DNA from: a virus
IMG/VR virus record: IMGVR_UViG_3300025978_000012
Coordinates: 12,191-76,190 of that record
DNA: 64,000 bases
Reading direction: 5' to 3' (one strand)
Shown here: positions 47,891 through 57,842 of the stretch, piece after piece
Numbering within the stretch: the stretch's first letter is position 1
Layout: every line of letters begins with the position of its first letter
The notes under the pieces: model-generated
What the model was told of the DNA's origin: nothing
Databases searched by the model: none
What the model saw: the letters and a program-made list of their open reading frames with translations, nothing else
Made by a program: the position numbers and the translations under genes

Positions 47891-48868
47891 ATGGCAAGAA
47901 ATGCAACAAATAAAAATTTAACAAAAGCAAAGAATGAAAAAAACGATGAGTTCTATACAATACTTTCTGACATTGAAAAAGAAGTTCGTCATTACAAAGG
48001 ACACTTTAAAGATAAAGTTGTTTTTTGTAATTGCGATGATCCAAGAGTAAGTAATTTTTTCCATTATTTCTCATATAATTTTGAACAATTGGGTTTGAAA
48101 AAACTAATTACTACATGTTATAAAAATCAAAACATCGATTTATTCAGTGAACATAAATCAGAAAAAGCGATATATTTAGAATATACTGGTGATAAAAATG
48201 GAAATAGATTTCCCGATATTGAAGAAATAGGAATAAAGCAACTAGGGGGAGATGGGGATTTTCGATCTAATGAATGTATTGAACTTTTAAAGCAATCTGA
48301 TATTATTGTGACCAACCCACCTTTTTCATTGTTCAGAGAATATATTGTACAACTTACAGAGTTCAAAAAGAAATTTTTAATTATAGGAAATTGGAATGCA
48401 ATTACATACAAAGAAATTTTCAAATTGATAAAGGAAAATAAATTATGGCTTGGCATAAATAGTAATCGTAATTTTTCAGGTTTTATTGTGCCGAAACATT
48501 ATTCTTTGCATGGAACGGAAGCCCGTATTGATGAAAATGGAAACAGAATTGTTTCTACTAATAATACTTGTTGGTTTACAAATCTTGATGTTCAAAAGCG
48601 TCATGAAAATTTAATTTTGTACAAATTATACAATTATGATGAATATCCTACTTATGATAATTATGATGCCATTAATGTTAATAATACCAAAGATATTCCA
48701 ATAGATTTTAATGGTATAATGGGTGTACCAATTACATTTATAGACAAATACAATCCTGATCAATTTGAAATTATCGGAAATGAATATGATCTTAATATTG
48801 AAAAAGGTCGTGGGTATATTAATGGAAAAAGAATGTATAGTCGTATCTTTATTAAGAGGAGAATATGA
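47891..48868 (+). CDS. Adenine-specific DNA methyltransferase, EcoRI-methylase family
   Basis: AK..KNDEFYT, CNCDDP, GDGDFRS, VTNPPFSLFREY, MGVPITF. Confidence 0.9.
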   Translation: MARNATNKNLTKAKNEKNDEFYTILSDIEKEVRHYKGHFKDKVVFCNCDDPRVSNFFHYFSYNFEQLGLKKLITTCYKNQNIDLFSEHKSEKAIYLEYTGDKNGNRFPDIEEIGIKQLGGDGDFRSNECIELLKQSDIIVTNPPFSLFREYIVQLTEFKKKFLIIGNWNAITYKEIFKLIKENKLWLGINSNRNFSGFIVPKHYSLHGTEARIDENGNRIVSTNNTCWFTNLDVQKRHENLILYKLYNYDEYPTYDNYDAINVNNTKDIPIDFNGIMGVPITFIDKYNPDQFEIIGNEYDLNIEKGRGYINGKRMYSRIFIKRRI

Positions 48869-49956
48869 AAATTGAACTTAAAGAAATTAAAGTCCGTGAG
48901 TTGGCGGATGGTTTCAAAGACAATGATGAAGAAGGTGTAGTAGGTTATGGTGGTAAATTAGACATTCGCCCTCCTTATCAACGAGAATTTATTTACAAGG
49001 ATAAACAGAGAGACGCCGTAATTAATACCATTACAAAAAATTTTCCTCTTAATATGATGTATTGGTCAGTTCGTGAAGACGGAAATTTTGAAATAATTGA
49101 CGGACAACAAAGAACAATTTCAATTTGCCAATATGTAAATGGTGATTATTCGATAAATGGTTTAGCTTTTCATAACTTAACAAATGACAAACAAAAACAA
49201 ATTTTAGATTATAACCTAATGGTTTATTTTTGTTCGGGTACAGATAGTGAAAAATTGGATTGGTATAAGACAATAAATATAGCGGGTGAAAAACTTACTG
49301 AACAGGAATTGCGTAATGCCGTATATGAAGGTTCGTGGGTTTCTGATGCTAAACGATATTTTTCTAAAAATAATCGCCCTAAAATTGGAGATGATTATTT
49401 GAACGGTTCGGCAAATCGTCAAGAATATTTAGAAACAGCTATTAGTTGGATTAGTGAAAGTAAAATTGAAGATTATATGTCTAAAAATCAACATGAACCA
49501 AATGCAAATGATTTATGGCTTTATTTTCAGAGTGTAATAAATTGGGTAAGGGTTGTTTTTCCGAAATATAGAAAAGAAATGAAAGGTGTTCCCTGGGGTG
49601 AATTTTATAACAAATATGGAAAGAAAAAACACGATTCATCAAAATTAGAAAAACGAATTGAACAATTTATGATGGATGATGATGTAATAAATAAAAAAGG
49701 AATTTATTCATATATACTCACGAGTGATGAAAAATATTTAAATATAAGAGTATTTACTGACACTCAAAAAAGAGCTGCATATGAAAAGCAAAAAGGAATA
49801 TGTCCTCTTTGTAAAGGTGAAAACAAGAAAAAGAAATGGGAATTTGAAGAAATGGAAGGAGATCATATAATTCCTTGGTCTGAAGGCGGAAAAACTTCTC
49901 CCGAAAATTTACAAATGTTGTGTAAAGAGTGTAATAGACGAAAAGGAAATAAATAA
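48865..49956 (+). CDS. DUF262 (ParB/GmrS-like) plus C-terminal HNH endonuclease
   Basis: RPPYQREF, IIDGQQRT, IN..G..L..QELRNA, CPLC...DHIIPWSEGG.T..NLQMLC.ECN. Confidence 0.9.
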   Translation: MKIELKEIKVRELADGFKDNDEEGVVGYGGKLDIRPPYQREFIYKDKQRDAVINTITKNFPLNMMYWSVREDGNFEIIDGQQRTISICQYVNGDYSINGLAFHNLTNDKQKQILDYNLMVYFCSGTDSEKLDWYKTINIAGEKLTEQELRNAVYEGSWVSDAKRYFSKNNRPKIGDDYLNGSANRQEYLETAISWISESKIEDYMSKNQHEPNANDLWLYFQSVINWVRVVFPKYRKEMKGVPWGEFYNKYGKKKHDSSKLEKRIEQFMMDDDVINKKGIYSYILTSDEKYLNIRVFTDTQKRAAYEKQKGICPLCKGENKKKKWEFEEMEGDHIIPWSEGGKTSPENLQMLCKECNRRKGNK

Positions 49957-49968
49957 AAGGAAACTATA

Positions 49969-50115
49969 ATGCCTAAAAAACAATCTCCCAAAAAGCCAAA
50001 AGAAAAACGCGACAAGCCTATTTCACTTTATCCACTAAAGCCGGAAGAGGCTCTATCAATATTTATGCAGGCCGATCCTAAAGAGTATAAGGAATGGTTA
50101 AAGAAACAAAAATGA
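49969..50115 (+). CDS. Small 48-aa transposon ORF (not in track)
   Basis: MPKKQSPKKPKEKRDKPISLYPLKPEEALSIFMQADPKEYKEWLKKQK, RBS AAGGA. Confidence 0.55.
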   Translation: MPKKQSPKKPKEKRDKPISLYPLKPEEALSIFMQADPKEYKEWLKKQK

Positions 50116-50345
50116 AGTATTACGACATACTATGGACATACGATGATACCATTGATAATAAAATAGAAATTGCTTTTATGCATATTAAAAAAGAAGTCAA
50201 TATCGCTTTTAAAAAAGAGATAGTAAAAAATAAGCATAATGCGCCGAGGGCTTTTTGGTTTTTAGAAGATCAAGAAAAAAGATTGACTCAAATATTGGAA
50301 CTTTATCCTAATGTAATTGAGTATTTTAAGGAAAAAGAATTATGA
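50112..50345 (+). CDS. Transposon passenger, hypothetical
   Basis: ATGA-coupled to the upstream small ORF. Confidence 0.45.
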   Translation: MKYYDILWTYDDTIDNKIEIAFMHIKKEVNIAFKKEIVKNKHNAPRAFWFLEDQEKRLTQILELYPNVIEYFKEKEL

Positions 50346-50371
50346 AAATGAAAAAAAATATGATTTTATTT

Positions 50372-50707
50372 TTATCTTTTTTTTGTTTTTACATTTTGTT
50401 TAGTATTATTTTTGTTTTCAATAATAATATTCAATTCTTTGACAGTGATATTATTCGTGATATGTATTTCGTTTATAGTGGTAGTACCGCTACTTGGTTT
50501 TTTATAGCGGTCATAGAGCCATTTTGCGAAAAAGCCACCCGCCGCAGAGGTAAAAATATTAACTGTAATAACAATAGTTGAAATAGATTTATTTAATGGT
50601 TTAGCCATTGACATGGGTTCATAGATTTCAATGAATCCAAGTTTGTTAAGCGTTCTTATATCATTTAAAAACGTAGGATCAGTAGTTTCAATTGTTAATT
50701 CGTTCAT
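50372..50707 (-). CDS. Transposon passenger, hypothetical with central hydrophobic segment
   Basis: IVITVNIFTSAAGGFFAKWLYDR. Confidence 0.5.
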   Translation of the reverse strand: MNELTIETTDPTFLNDIRTLNKLGFIEIYEPMSMAKPLNKSISTIVITVNIFTSAAGGFFAKWLYDRYKKPSSGTTTINEIHITNNITVKELNIIIENKNNTKQNVKTKKR

Positions 50708-51017
50708 ATTAACAATATCGGAAAATAAAGAAAAAATCGTGAATTATAGCGTTTGGTTTGCCAACTGCATAATTCCGATAATCGTTTGTCAATAAGTAAA
50801 TTACCACAAATTAAATGGACTGTTGACCTAGACGTTATACCCTGTTCAGATGATCGTTATGATGGTTGTATTGACGACACAGATGAAGCTGAGGAGGAAA
50901 ATTTCAAAGAATTTCATTCTATTTTACAAAAAATAAATAAAAATATTGAAACGTATCTGACGGCAATAGATAATCAATATGGTACGCAATATTCTCCGAC
51001 AGGCAAATTAAGACTAT

Positions 51018-51112
51018 ATTAGTCTATACTAACATCATTAATTTTTTTTTAAAAAAATTAATGATACTATTGACAACCATAAGCCGGTTATGTATATTAC
51101 ATACATAGAGAT
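51018..51112 (+). promoter_or_regulatory. Early promoter cassette, copy 2
   Basis: TTGACA-N17-TATATT; repeat of 44944-45037. Confidence 0.85.
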
Positions 51113-51153
51113 TAACTGGGGCCGCCGACCCTACAACGGCAAGGAGAAAAAAT

Positions 51154-51393
51154 ATGAGCTATGTACAACGGTGCGCGCGCATGATGAACGACGAAACCGG
51201 GTTCGCTAACGGCGAAAAGTTTTTATCCGCTTGTGATGTCCGTGAATATTTTACCGTAGACAATATGCTTGAAATGTTCGGGAGCGACTACCCACGGTAT
51301 TACGGCCGCGATAAGAACGAGGATATAACGGCTGATGTACTGCGAGATTATGCAGACTATGTAATCGAAAATAAATTACATTGCGATTTTTAG
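51154..51393 (+). CDS. Hypothetical early protein
   Basis: AAGGAG RBS after promoter. Confidence 0.7.
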   Translation: MSYVQRCARMMNDETGFANGEKFLSACDVREYFTVDNMLEMFGSDYPRYYGRDKNEDITADVLRDYADYVIENKLHCDF

Positions 51394-51464
51394 TACGCTC
51401 TCAAGCCCTCACCCGCATCATTGGAGCGGAGAGGGCAAAACACAAATAAAACAGGAGGAGCAAA

Positions 51465-51662
51465 ATGATAAACCACATAGACCACATTTTCGACGCGTAT
51501 GAAACGGCAGTAATGGAACTCAACAACATGCCGACGACGGGAAAAAATGAAAAACGCGCGGAGATAGAATTGTCAATTAAAGTCTTCAGCGCTGCGATTA
51601 AAATCCTCGTCGAAAATCAACGCATAGTTTTTAACACATTTAAAATAGGACAAAGAAAATGA
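51465..51662 (+). CDS. Hypothetical early protein
   Basis: AGGAGG RBS. Confidence 0.65.
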   Translation: MINHIDHIFDAYETAVMELNNMPTTGKNEKRAEIELSIKVFSAAIKILVENQRIVFNTFKIGQRK

Positions 51663-52024
51663 ATGTTGATTTCACTGGGGCAAATTTGACCGGGGCAAAT
51701 TTGACCGGGGCAAATCTGACCGGAGCCAACCGATTCAGGGCCAACCTAACCGGAGCCGATCTTACCGGGGCTAATTTATTCGGAATAAATTTTTTCGGAA
51801 TAAATTTTTTCGGAGCAATTGGGATACAAACTCCAATAATATCCATATCTGGTTCCATGCATAATTTTTGTTATTATAACGGAGAAATCGCAATAGGATG
51901 CGAGTGCCATACCGTCCAATATTGGATTGAAAACTATAAAACAATAGGCGCGCGACATAATTATTCTCACGAACAAATCGACGAGTATTTCGGATACATT
52001 AAAATGTGCGAAAAATATTTATGA
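51659..52024 (+). CDS. Pentapeptide-repeat protein 1 with conserved C-terminal IGCExH (DUF5758-like) domain
   Basis: A(N/D)LTG repeats. Confidence 0.85.
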   Translation: MNVDFTGANLTGANLTGANLTGANRFRANLTGADLTGANLFGINFFGINFFGAIGIQTPIISISGSMHNFCYYNGEIAIGCECHTVQYWIENYKTIGARHNYSHEQIDEYFGYIKMCEKYL

Positions 52025-52040
52025 AAATAGGAGGAAAAAA

Positions 52041-52580
52041 ATGAATATTGAAATAAAAAATAGATTTACCGGTAATACTATTATTGCCGGAGAATACTCT
52101 TCAATAAAAGAAGCACTTGAAGAAAATAGTACTGTTGATTTCACCGGGGCCAGACTATCCGGGATTGATCTAGCCGGGACAAATCTGACCGAAATCAATC
52201 TGACCAGGGCCGATCTAGCCGGAGCCAACCTATTCAAGTCCAACCTATTCGACGCCGATCTAACTTGGGCTGACCTGACCGGGGCTGACCTGACTGGAAC
52301 CAATCTAATCGGGACAAATTTGTTTGGAGTAAATTTTTGCAAAACTATTGGAGTAAAACTCCCAATAATATCAATATTTGGGTCAATCCATAATTTTTGT
52401 TATTATAATGGCGAAATAACAATAGGATGTGAATGCCATACCGTCCAATATTGGATTGAAAACTATAAAACAATGGGCGCGCGACATAATTATTCTCCTG
52501 AACAAATCGACGAGTATTTCGGATACATTAAAATGTGCGAAAAATATTTATGGACACAGGAGGAAAAAAATGAATGTTGA
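52041..52580 (+). CDS. Pentapeptide-repeat protein 2
   Basis: IEIKNRFTG N-terminus, repeats, same C-terminal domain. Confidence 0.85.
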   Translation: MNIEIKNRFTGNTIIAGEYSSIKEALEENSTVDFTGARLSGIDLAGTNLTEINLTRADLAGANLFKSNLFDADLTWADLTGADLTGTNLIGTNLFGVNFCKTIGVKLPIISIFGSIHNFCYYNGEITIGCECHTVQYWIENYKTMGARHNYSPEQIDEYFGYIKMCEKYLWTQEEKNEC

Positions 52581-53157
52581 AATAAAAAATAGATTTAACG
52601 GTAATACTATTATTACTGGAGAATACTCTTCAATAAAGGAAGCACTCGAAAAAAATAGTGCTGTTGATTTCACCGGGGCCAGACTATCAGGGATTGATCT
52701 AATCGCAGCCGATCTAGCCGGAATAAATCTGACCAGGGCCGACATGCCCGGAACCGATCTGATCTGGGCAAATTTAACCAGAATAAATCTGACTATGGCT
52801 CACCTATTCAGAACCAATCTGACCAGAGCTAATTTAACCTGGGCAAATTTGACCGACGCCAATCTGACCGGGGCTGACCTGACCGACGCCGACCTGACCG
52901 ACGCCGACCTGACCGGGGCAAATTTATTTGGAGTAAATTTGTGCAAAACTATTGGGCTTAAAACTCCAATAATATCAATATCTGGGTCAATCCATAATTT
53001 TTGTTATTATAATGGCAAAATCACAATAGGATGCGAGTGCCATTCCGTTGATTATTGGATTAAAAGATATAAAAAAATAGGGAAAATAAATGGTTATTCG
53101 CATGAACAAATCGACGAGTATTTCGGATACATTAAAATGTGTGAAAAATATTTATAA
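52570..53157 (+). CDS. Pentapeptide-repeat protein 3 (195 aa from ATG 52570)
   Basis: AGGAGG RBS; paralogue of protein 2. Confidence 0.85.
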   Translation: MNVEIKNRFNGNTIITGEYSSIKEALEKNSAVDFTGARLSGIDLIAADLAGINLTRADMPGTDLIWANLTRINLTMAHLFRTNLTRANLTWANLTDANLTGADLTDADLTDADLTGANLFGVNLCKTIGLKTPIISISGSIHNFCYYNGKITIGCECHSVDYWIKRYKKIGKINGYSHEQIDEYFGYIKMCEKYL

Positions 53158-53173
53158 AAATAGGAGGAAAAAA

Positions 53174-53380
53174 ATGAGTAACTCGGAAATGATGATACGG
53201 GCGCGGCTGAAGGTTCACAAGATTTTAACGGTAGACTTGATGGACCAGGGGCTCGATGCCCGAAATGCCAGCACGCTGGCATTTCGGGCTATTTGTTCGC
53301 GCGAAAATAAAAGCATACAAGAAATGATTAAAAATGAATACGAAAAACTTTATGCCAAAAAACAGGGGGACCTACAATGA
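53174..53380 (+). CDS. Hypothetical early protein (MSNSEMM...)
   Basis: AGGAGG RBS. Confidence 0.6.
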   Translation: MSNSEMMIRARLKVHKILTVDLMDQGLDARNASTLAFRAICSRENKSIQEMIKNEYEKLYAKKQGDLQ

Positions 53381-53497
53381 GACAGGAAACCGCGTTGACT
53401 ATCATGGTCATAGTCGCCGTTATTATGGACTGTATATATGTCTATATATTTACGGTTGATTGGAAAAAAAATAAAAAATTAAACAGGAGGCAGTAAA

Positions 53498-54193
53498 ATG
53501 AGATACTATACCACATTACACAGATTGCGTAAATACAATTTAAGTTCAAACAAATACATTAAACTCGTTTCCGCCATCGGTAATACCTGGAGAAAAATCG
53601 GCCTTGACGAAATATTGGAACACCTGGGACCGATATCCGCGTTAGAATCGTTATACACGGTTACGCGCACGGAAGATTTTTTGTGCGATTGGTACAATTT
53701 CAAGGCGGATGTCGCCGAGCATGTTTTACCATTGTTCGAAAAAATTTACCCGAATGACCAACGCCCCAGAACGGCGATTGCGGCGGCCAGAAAAATTGCA
53801 AAAAATTTAATAACTAAAAAAGAGGCTACCGAAATTGCATGGAAAACGGCAGAATCGTCGTGGACCCCGGAAGAATTATCACGGCAGGCATTGGATATCT
53901 TTGAGGATATCGAGGTTCCGGCAACAACCGGCCCTAATATAATCGCCGCCGAGGTCCGGGCAGCGGTCAACGAAATGCGATCCGTATGCCATGAGCATGA
54001 GCGACAGGGTGCCGCAAGCGCCGCCGCCCATAGCGCTGGATTGTCGGCGCTCCCTGTATGGACAAGCGCACTATCAACGGCGACATCAGCCATTAGAGCG
54101 CAATGGTGCGCGTATGGCATATCACGCAAAGGGGAACAAGAAGAAATTGATTACCAAATCAAATTATTCAAAAAATATTTTTGTGAGGACTAA
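53498..54193 (+). CDS. Imm5-like domain protein
   Basis: ADVAEHVLPLFE...PNDQRPRTAIAAAR. Confidence 0.65.
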   Translation: MRYYTTLHRLRKYNLSSNKYIKLVSAIGNTWRKIGLDEILEHLGPISALESLYTVTRTEDFLCDWYNFKADVAEHVLPLFEKIYPNDQRPRTAIAAARKIAKNLITKKEATEIAWKTAESSWTPEELSRQALDIFEDIEVPATTGPNIIAAEVRAAVNEMRSVCHEHERQGAASAAAHSAGLSALPVWTSALSTATSAIRAQWCAYGISRKGEQEEIDYQIKLFKKYFCED

Positions 54194-54194
54194 A

Positions 54195-54329
54195 ATGAAT
54201 AAAAAAGAAAAAGAAATTTTGTCGAATTACCTGTCAAAAATTGGGAAAAAAGGAGGGTCGTCTAAATCGGAGGCTAAACGGCAGGCAGCGTATAAACGAG
54301 AAGCCAAAAAAAGAGAAAAGAAAAAATAA
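54195..54329 (+). CDS. Small basic protein with IGKKGG motif
   Basis: MNKKEKEILSNYLSKIGKKGGSSKSEAKRQAA. Confidence 0.5.
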   Translation: MNKKEKEILSNYLSKIGKKGGSSKSEAKRQAAYKREAKKREKKK

Positions 54330-54334
54330 TATTC

Positions 54335-54357
54335 GCCTCCTCCGGGAGGCTTTTTTT
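54335..54357 (+). terminator. Intrinsic terminator ending the early operon
   Basis: GCCTCC-tccg-GGAGGC-TTTTTTT. Confidence 0.85.
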
Positions 54358-54476
54358 ATGAAAAAAAATCCCGCCAGGGGTAGGGCGGGACAAATAAAAC
54401 AGGAGGTATGCAAAATTATTATTTAATATAAATAATATAATTTTTTTGTCAATAATTTTTTTAAATATAAAAAATA

Positions 54477-54716
54477 TTAATTTTGGCATACTGAACACCT
54501 GGCATCTTTTAATTTATCTTCTTTTACTTTTGGTTGCATGAAGAACGTCATCTCTATGCCGCATTTTTTGCAAATAGTTTTTTGACCAATATGTGTTATT
54601 TTTTCATATTCGGATTCAATAGAACGGATTACCGCCTGCATATTGTTAAGGGTCTGATGTGCTTTTTGTTTTCCTTTTGATCCTTTGGGTCGGCCACGAT
54701 GTTTTTTTTCTTTCAT
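54477..54716 (-). CDS. Small protein with AT-hook (RGRPK) and zinc ribbon
   Basis: KHRGRPKG; CKKC...CSVC. Confidence 0.5.
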   Translation of the reverse strand: MKEKKHRGRPKGSKGKQKAHQTLNNMQAVIRSIESEYEKITHIGQKTICKKCGIEMTFFMQPKVKEDKLKDARCSVCQN

Positions 54717-54907
54717 TATTTTGATCTCTTATTGGCTTATTATACGCTTTATTTTTAATTCTATGGAACTATTCTTATATTTTACTCAAAAATGGTTATT
54801 TTATTAAAATAACGCCTCTCCGTTGATTATATGACACGACAAAAGGCGTGTTATGTCCTATTTTATGTTTTTTGTTGATTTTATTGAAGAACATATAATA
54901 AATGTTT

Positions 54908-57091
54908 TCATAGTGCCTCAAATATTGTTCTTTTCTTTTTCCCCTCGCCCTCTATTTTTTCAATTATTTGTTCCCCATCTTTGAGAGAAGAAAGAATGTC
55001 GCGTCTTGTTCGAGGTTGAATATGTTGCGTTTTATTCGTTAGTTTCGACAACGAAATTCTACCATGATCTCGAATAACCTGTAATATCTGTTTTACACAA
55101 TGATGATAATCATTATCTGCGATAAAATTTTCAGAAATATAGAGCATATGATCGGATAGGTGCTTTGCTAGACTGATTCCGTATGACATTTCCTGTTCCG
55201 TTATAACAGGAAAATCAATATTCACGCCTCCGGCAATAACCAATGCAATTTGCATTGCCATTTGAACTGTGCGATTATAAATAGATTCGAATCTTTTTTC
55301 TTTTTCTAATTCGGCACGATAATTGTCTATGTAAGTTTCAAAGTCATCAATCAAATCTTGTGCGTTTTCATTTAATGGAACAATTTGAGGATATACATTG
55401 AAATGAGATAAATCTCCTAATTGGGTATGATTTATTTTTTTATCTTTAATTTTTTTTATTTTTTCTATTAATTCAATAGGTGGTTTTTTTTCAATATTTT
55501 TTTTTCTATTTCTTTTAGGATTTGTTTCTTCTGATTCAAAAATAAACATTCTTGAAAGAAATCCATTTGTTATAACATTAAGATGAAGAGATTGATAAAG
55601 AGCCTCCGGTACAGTTGTTCCATATATACATAAATTTGGATTATCGATTTGAACTTGTTTTTTTGTGTCTGCATATAATTTTCCGTAAAACATTTGATTG
55701 GCTGTGTTATATAAACGATTCAAAACAGTTACGATATTTGAAAGATGCGCAGGGGCCAAAGTCGAACTAGTTGTTTTAAGGAATAAACCTATTTCATCCA
55801 ATAAATATATTTGTGATTCAAATCCTGGAACCGAAAGGTTATTTACTATTGCAGTGTCACTGGCGATATCCTCCCCGCTCGCCATGTGCCCGCATCCGGC
55901 GTAATGAAAGATATCTTTTATTGCTTTTCGAGCTGCTTCTTTTCCACATCCAGATGACCCGACGCCAAGACAATAAATATTTGTTCGCAACTCCGAGGAG
56001 GTTTGAATTTTCCTTCCCTCCAATGCTCCAACGGCAGATAATGCGGCTCCCACGGCCAATATTGGTTGATATTTTATTGATTTATAATTTATGAAATCTA
56101 TGAATTCTCCGACGAGTCCAGGTGGATGCAATAATTCTTCTGGAAATGGTTTTTTTTCCATTCTCTTTTGCGGTGTTATTAATTTTGGAATTTCAGTGTT
56201 TTTTTCTTTTTTTGTTTCATAGGTTGTTACCCATCCTGATTTTTGTGCTTCATGAAATAATGTTGCTATGGTAATGTCAGTTGGTTTTAATCCCTTCCAT
56301 CGTTTAGCGTCATCTTGTGGATTATATTTTTCACTTTTTTGTGACCATTCTGACCATAATCCGTAAGATGATTTGCTTCCTGTAGATTTCAAGGCCATTC
56401 CAATTTTGATCCATGTATCGCGGTCATCAGAATTTAAAAAAGCAAGTGCTGATCTAATTTCCCGAATTTCTTCAGGCGGCAAAGTCTCTTCATCAAAAGA
56501 ATTGTATTCGAATATTTTTCTATTTTTTTCGATATGATTTATCCAATCCGGCAAAGGGCTAATGCGGGAAAGTAAATTATCAACGTCCTTTTCTTCAATA
56601 TCATCATAAACTAAATATTTAATACCGTCTGGTGCAATAACGTACCCACCATTTGCTCGAAGGTCACAAGAAATTGAATTGTCAATAAATCGAGTTCTTG
56701 AGTTTAAACCAGTGTATTCAATTTTATAGTATAGATGCAATCCTCCGTTCATTGTTTCAACCTTGAATGTATCCGGCAACGGGCCATAATTTTCTTCGAT
56801 ATCTGCCATTGTTTCTTCGCGTGTGCGTGGATCAATAATCCCTTCGGGGTTCTTTTCTGTTTTACTTCCGGGAATAATTTTACCGACATCAATATCAATA
56901 ACTATAATTTTATTAACGTTTCCGGTTGGAATTCCGATTAGAAAATCATCGTGATTTTTGAATTGAAGATTTAATTCAGAAACATTGGACGTAGCCGCAT
57001 AAAAACCTAGATGCACCGCTGGAGATTTATTCGGGAGACACGCAAAAATTTTAATACCCTGATTGGCGTACTTTTTTATATATTCATTCAT
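54908..57091 (-). CDS. Bifunctional primase-polymerase with PriCT-2 and DUF3987-type helicase domain
   Basis: IGIPTG..VIDID, TMNGGLHLYY, DLRANGGYVIAP, W.KIGMALK, GSSGCGKE, LDEIG, GFLSR. Confidence 0.88.
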   Translation of the reverse strand: MNEYIKKYANQGIKIFACLPNKSPAVHLGFYAATSNVSELNLQFKNHDDFLIGIPTGNVNKIIVIDIDVGKIIPGSKTEKNPEGIIDPRTREETMADIEENYGPLPDTFKVETMNGGLHLYYKIEYTGLNSRTRFIDNSISCDLRANGGYVIAPDGIKYLVYDDIEEKDVDNLLSRISPLPDWINHIEKNRKIFEYNSFDEETLPPEEIREIRSALAFLNSDDRDTWIKIGMALKSTGSKSSYGLWSEWSQKSEKYNPQDDAKRWKGLKPTDITIATLFHEAQKSGWVTTYETKKEKNTEIPKLITPQKRMEKKPFPEELLHPPGLVGEFIDFINYKSIKYQPILAVGAALSAVGALEGRKIQTSSELRTNIYCLGVGSSGCGKEAARKAIKDIFHYAGCGHMASGEDIASDTAIVNNLSVPGFESQIYLLDEIGLFLKTTSSTLAPAHLSNIVTVLNRLYNTANQMFYGKLYADTKKQVQIDNPNLCIYGTTVPEALYQSLHLNVITNGFLSRMFIFESEETNPKRNRKKNIEKKPPIELIEKIKKIKDKKINHTQLGDLSHFNVYPQIVPLNENAQDLIDDFETYIDNYRAELEKEKRFESIYNRTVQMAMQIALVIAGGVNIDFPVITEQEMSYGISLAKHLSDHMLYISENFIADNDYHHCVKQILQVIRDHGRISLSKLTNKTQHIQPRTRRDILSSLKDGEQIIEKIEGEGKKKRTIFEAL

Positions 57092-57198
57092 GAAATTTCT
57101 TTATTTTGAGTAAAAATTCAACAACAATCAATCTGCACGGCATATTGATTTCCTGTTTTTGATAAGAGGATATGAATATTACAATAAATTAAGATAAA

Positions 57199-57531
57199 TT
57201 AAGATAAATTAAGATTAAAATCTTTTGCCAAAATCGATTCGACCAGTTGGCTCATGTTACCGGACAATTTGATTCTTTCAACAAAGCTTTGCGTAAAAGT
57301 AAAAGTTTTTTTAATTGGATATGATTTATAGGTCCGTTTTTTTTTAATTTTATTTTTTGAATTTTTTAAAATTGCCGTAACGCGGTTTTCGATAAACGCA
57401 GACGTGTTATGTCCAGGAATTGATTGAACACGTATTGCAATTTCTGAAATCAATCGCTGATCGAGCGTCAGCGATATAGTAGTATATTTGATTTGAGTAT
57501 TACTATCACGATATTTTTTCTTTTCTTCCAT
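57199..57531 (-). CDS. Putative small DNA-binding protein (tandem RHH-like)
   Basis: Two beta-helix-helix-like units (TTISLTL...NTSAFIE; KKTFTF...NMSQLVE). Confidence 0.4.
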   Translation of the reverse strand: MEEKKKYRDSNTQIKYTTISLTLDQRLISEIAIRVQSIPGHNTSAFIENRVTAILKNSKNKIKKKRTYKSYPIKKTFTFTQSFVERIKLSGNMSQLVESILAKDFNLNLS

Positions 57532-57659
57532 TTTTACCTACTTTATTTGTATAAATAAAAAGTATCTTCTTTTGCATGAATTATTCATTTGAAAATTTTT
57601 GTCAAAAATAGCAGTTTAATATTATCTTGTCAAATAAATTACATCTGATAGCTAAATTT

Positions 57660-57842
57660 TTACCAAATAAAATCAGTCGGCCATGAATTGCAAAATATTT
57701 TATAGTATCCGGGGTTTTCTATTTGAAATAGAGCCCATGCGTGGTCTTCATCCTGTGCGCGCACTGTTTGGGCAATCGTATGTCGTGAAAAAAATAAAGT
57801 AGAGCGATCGCACTGTTTTGCTAATATTTTAAAATATTTCAT
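57660..57842 (-). CDS. Hypothetical protein
   Basis: ATGA-coupled ORF. Confidence 0.55.
   Translation of the reverse strand: MKYFKILAKQCDRSTLFFSRHTIAQTVRAQDEDHAWALFQIENPGYYKIFCNSWPTDFIW

Larger units (their letters stand above)
45686..50777 (+). mobile_element. IS1595-family transposon with passenger genes, 5092 bp
   Basis: 24-bp TIRs CGGAATTATGC(C/A)GTTGGCAAACCA at 45686-45709 and 50754-50777; 8-bp TSD ATAATCGT at 45678-45685 and 50778-50785. Confidence 0.95.
45458..51022 (+). pseudogene. 154-aa early gene split by transposon (45458-45685 joined to 50786-51022)
   Basis: Removing the element and one TSD copy joins ...DESINNR to LSISKLPQ...LRLY* in frame. Confidence 0.9.

Noticed and set aside
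52429-52569. N-terminal extension of ORF 52429-53157; similar extensions at 17476, 53090 and 58087
   Set aside because: Extensions overlap upstream genes or promoters; RBS-supported starts are 52570, 17536, 53174 and 58018
51820-53157. Pentapeptide-gene C-terminal repeats as a DGR template/variable repeat pair
   Set aside because: Differences involve all four bases rather than only adenines, all copies are coding, and no reverse transcriptase is in the window
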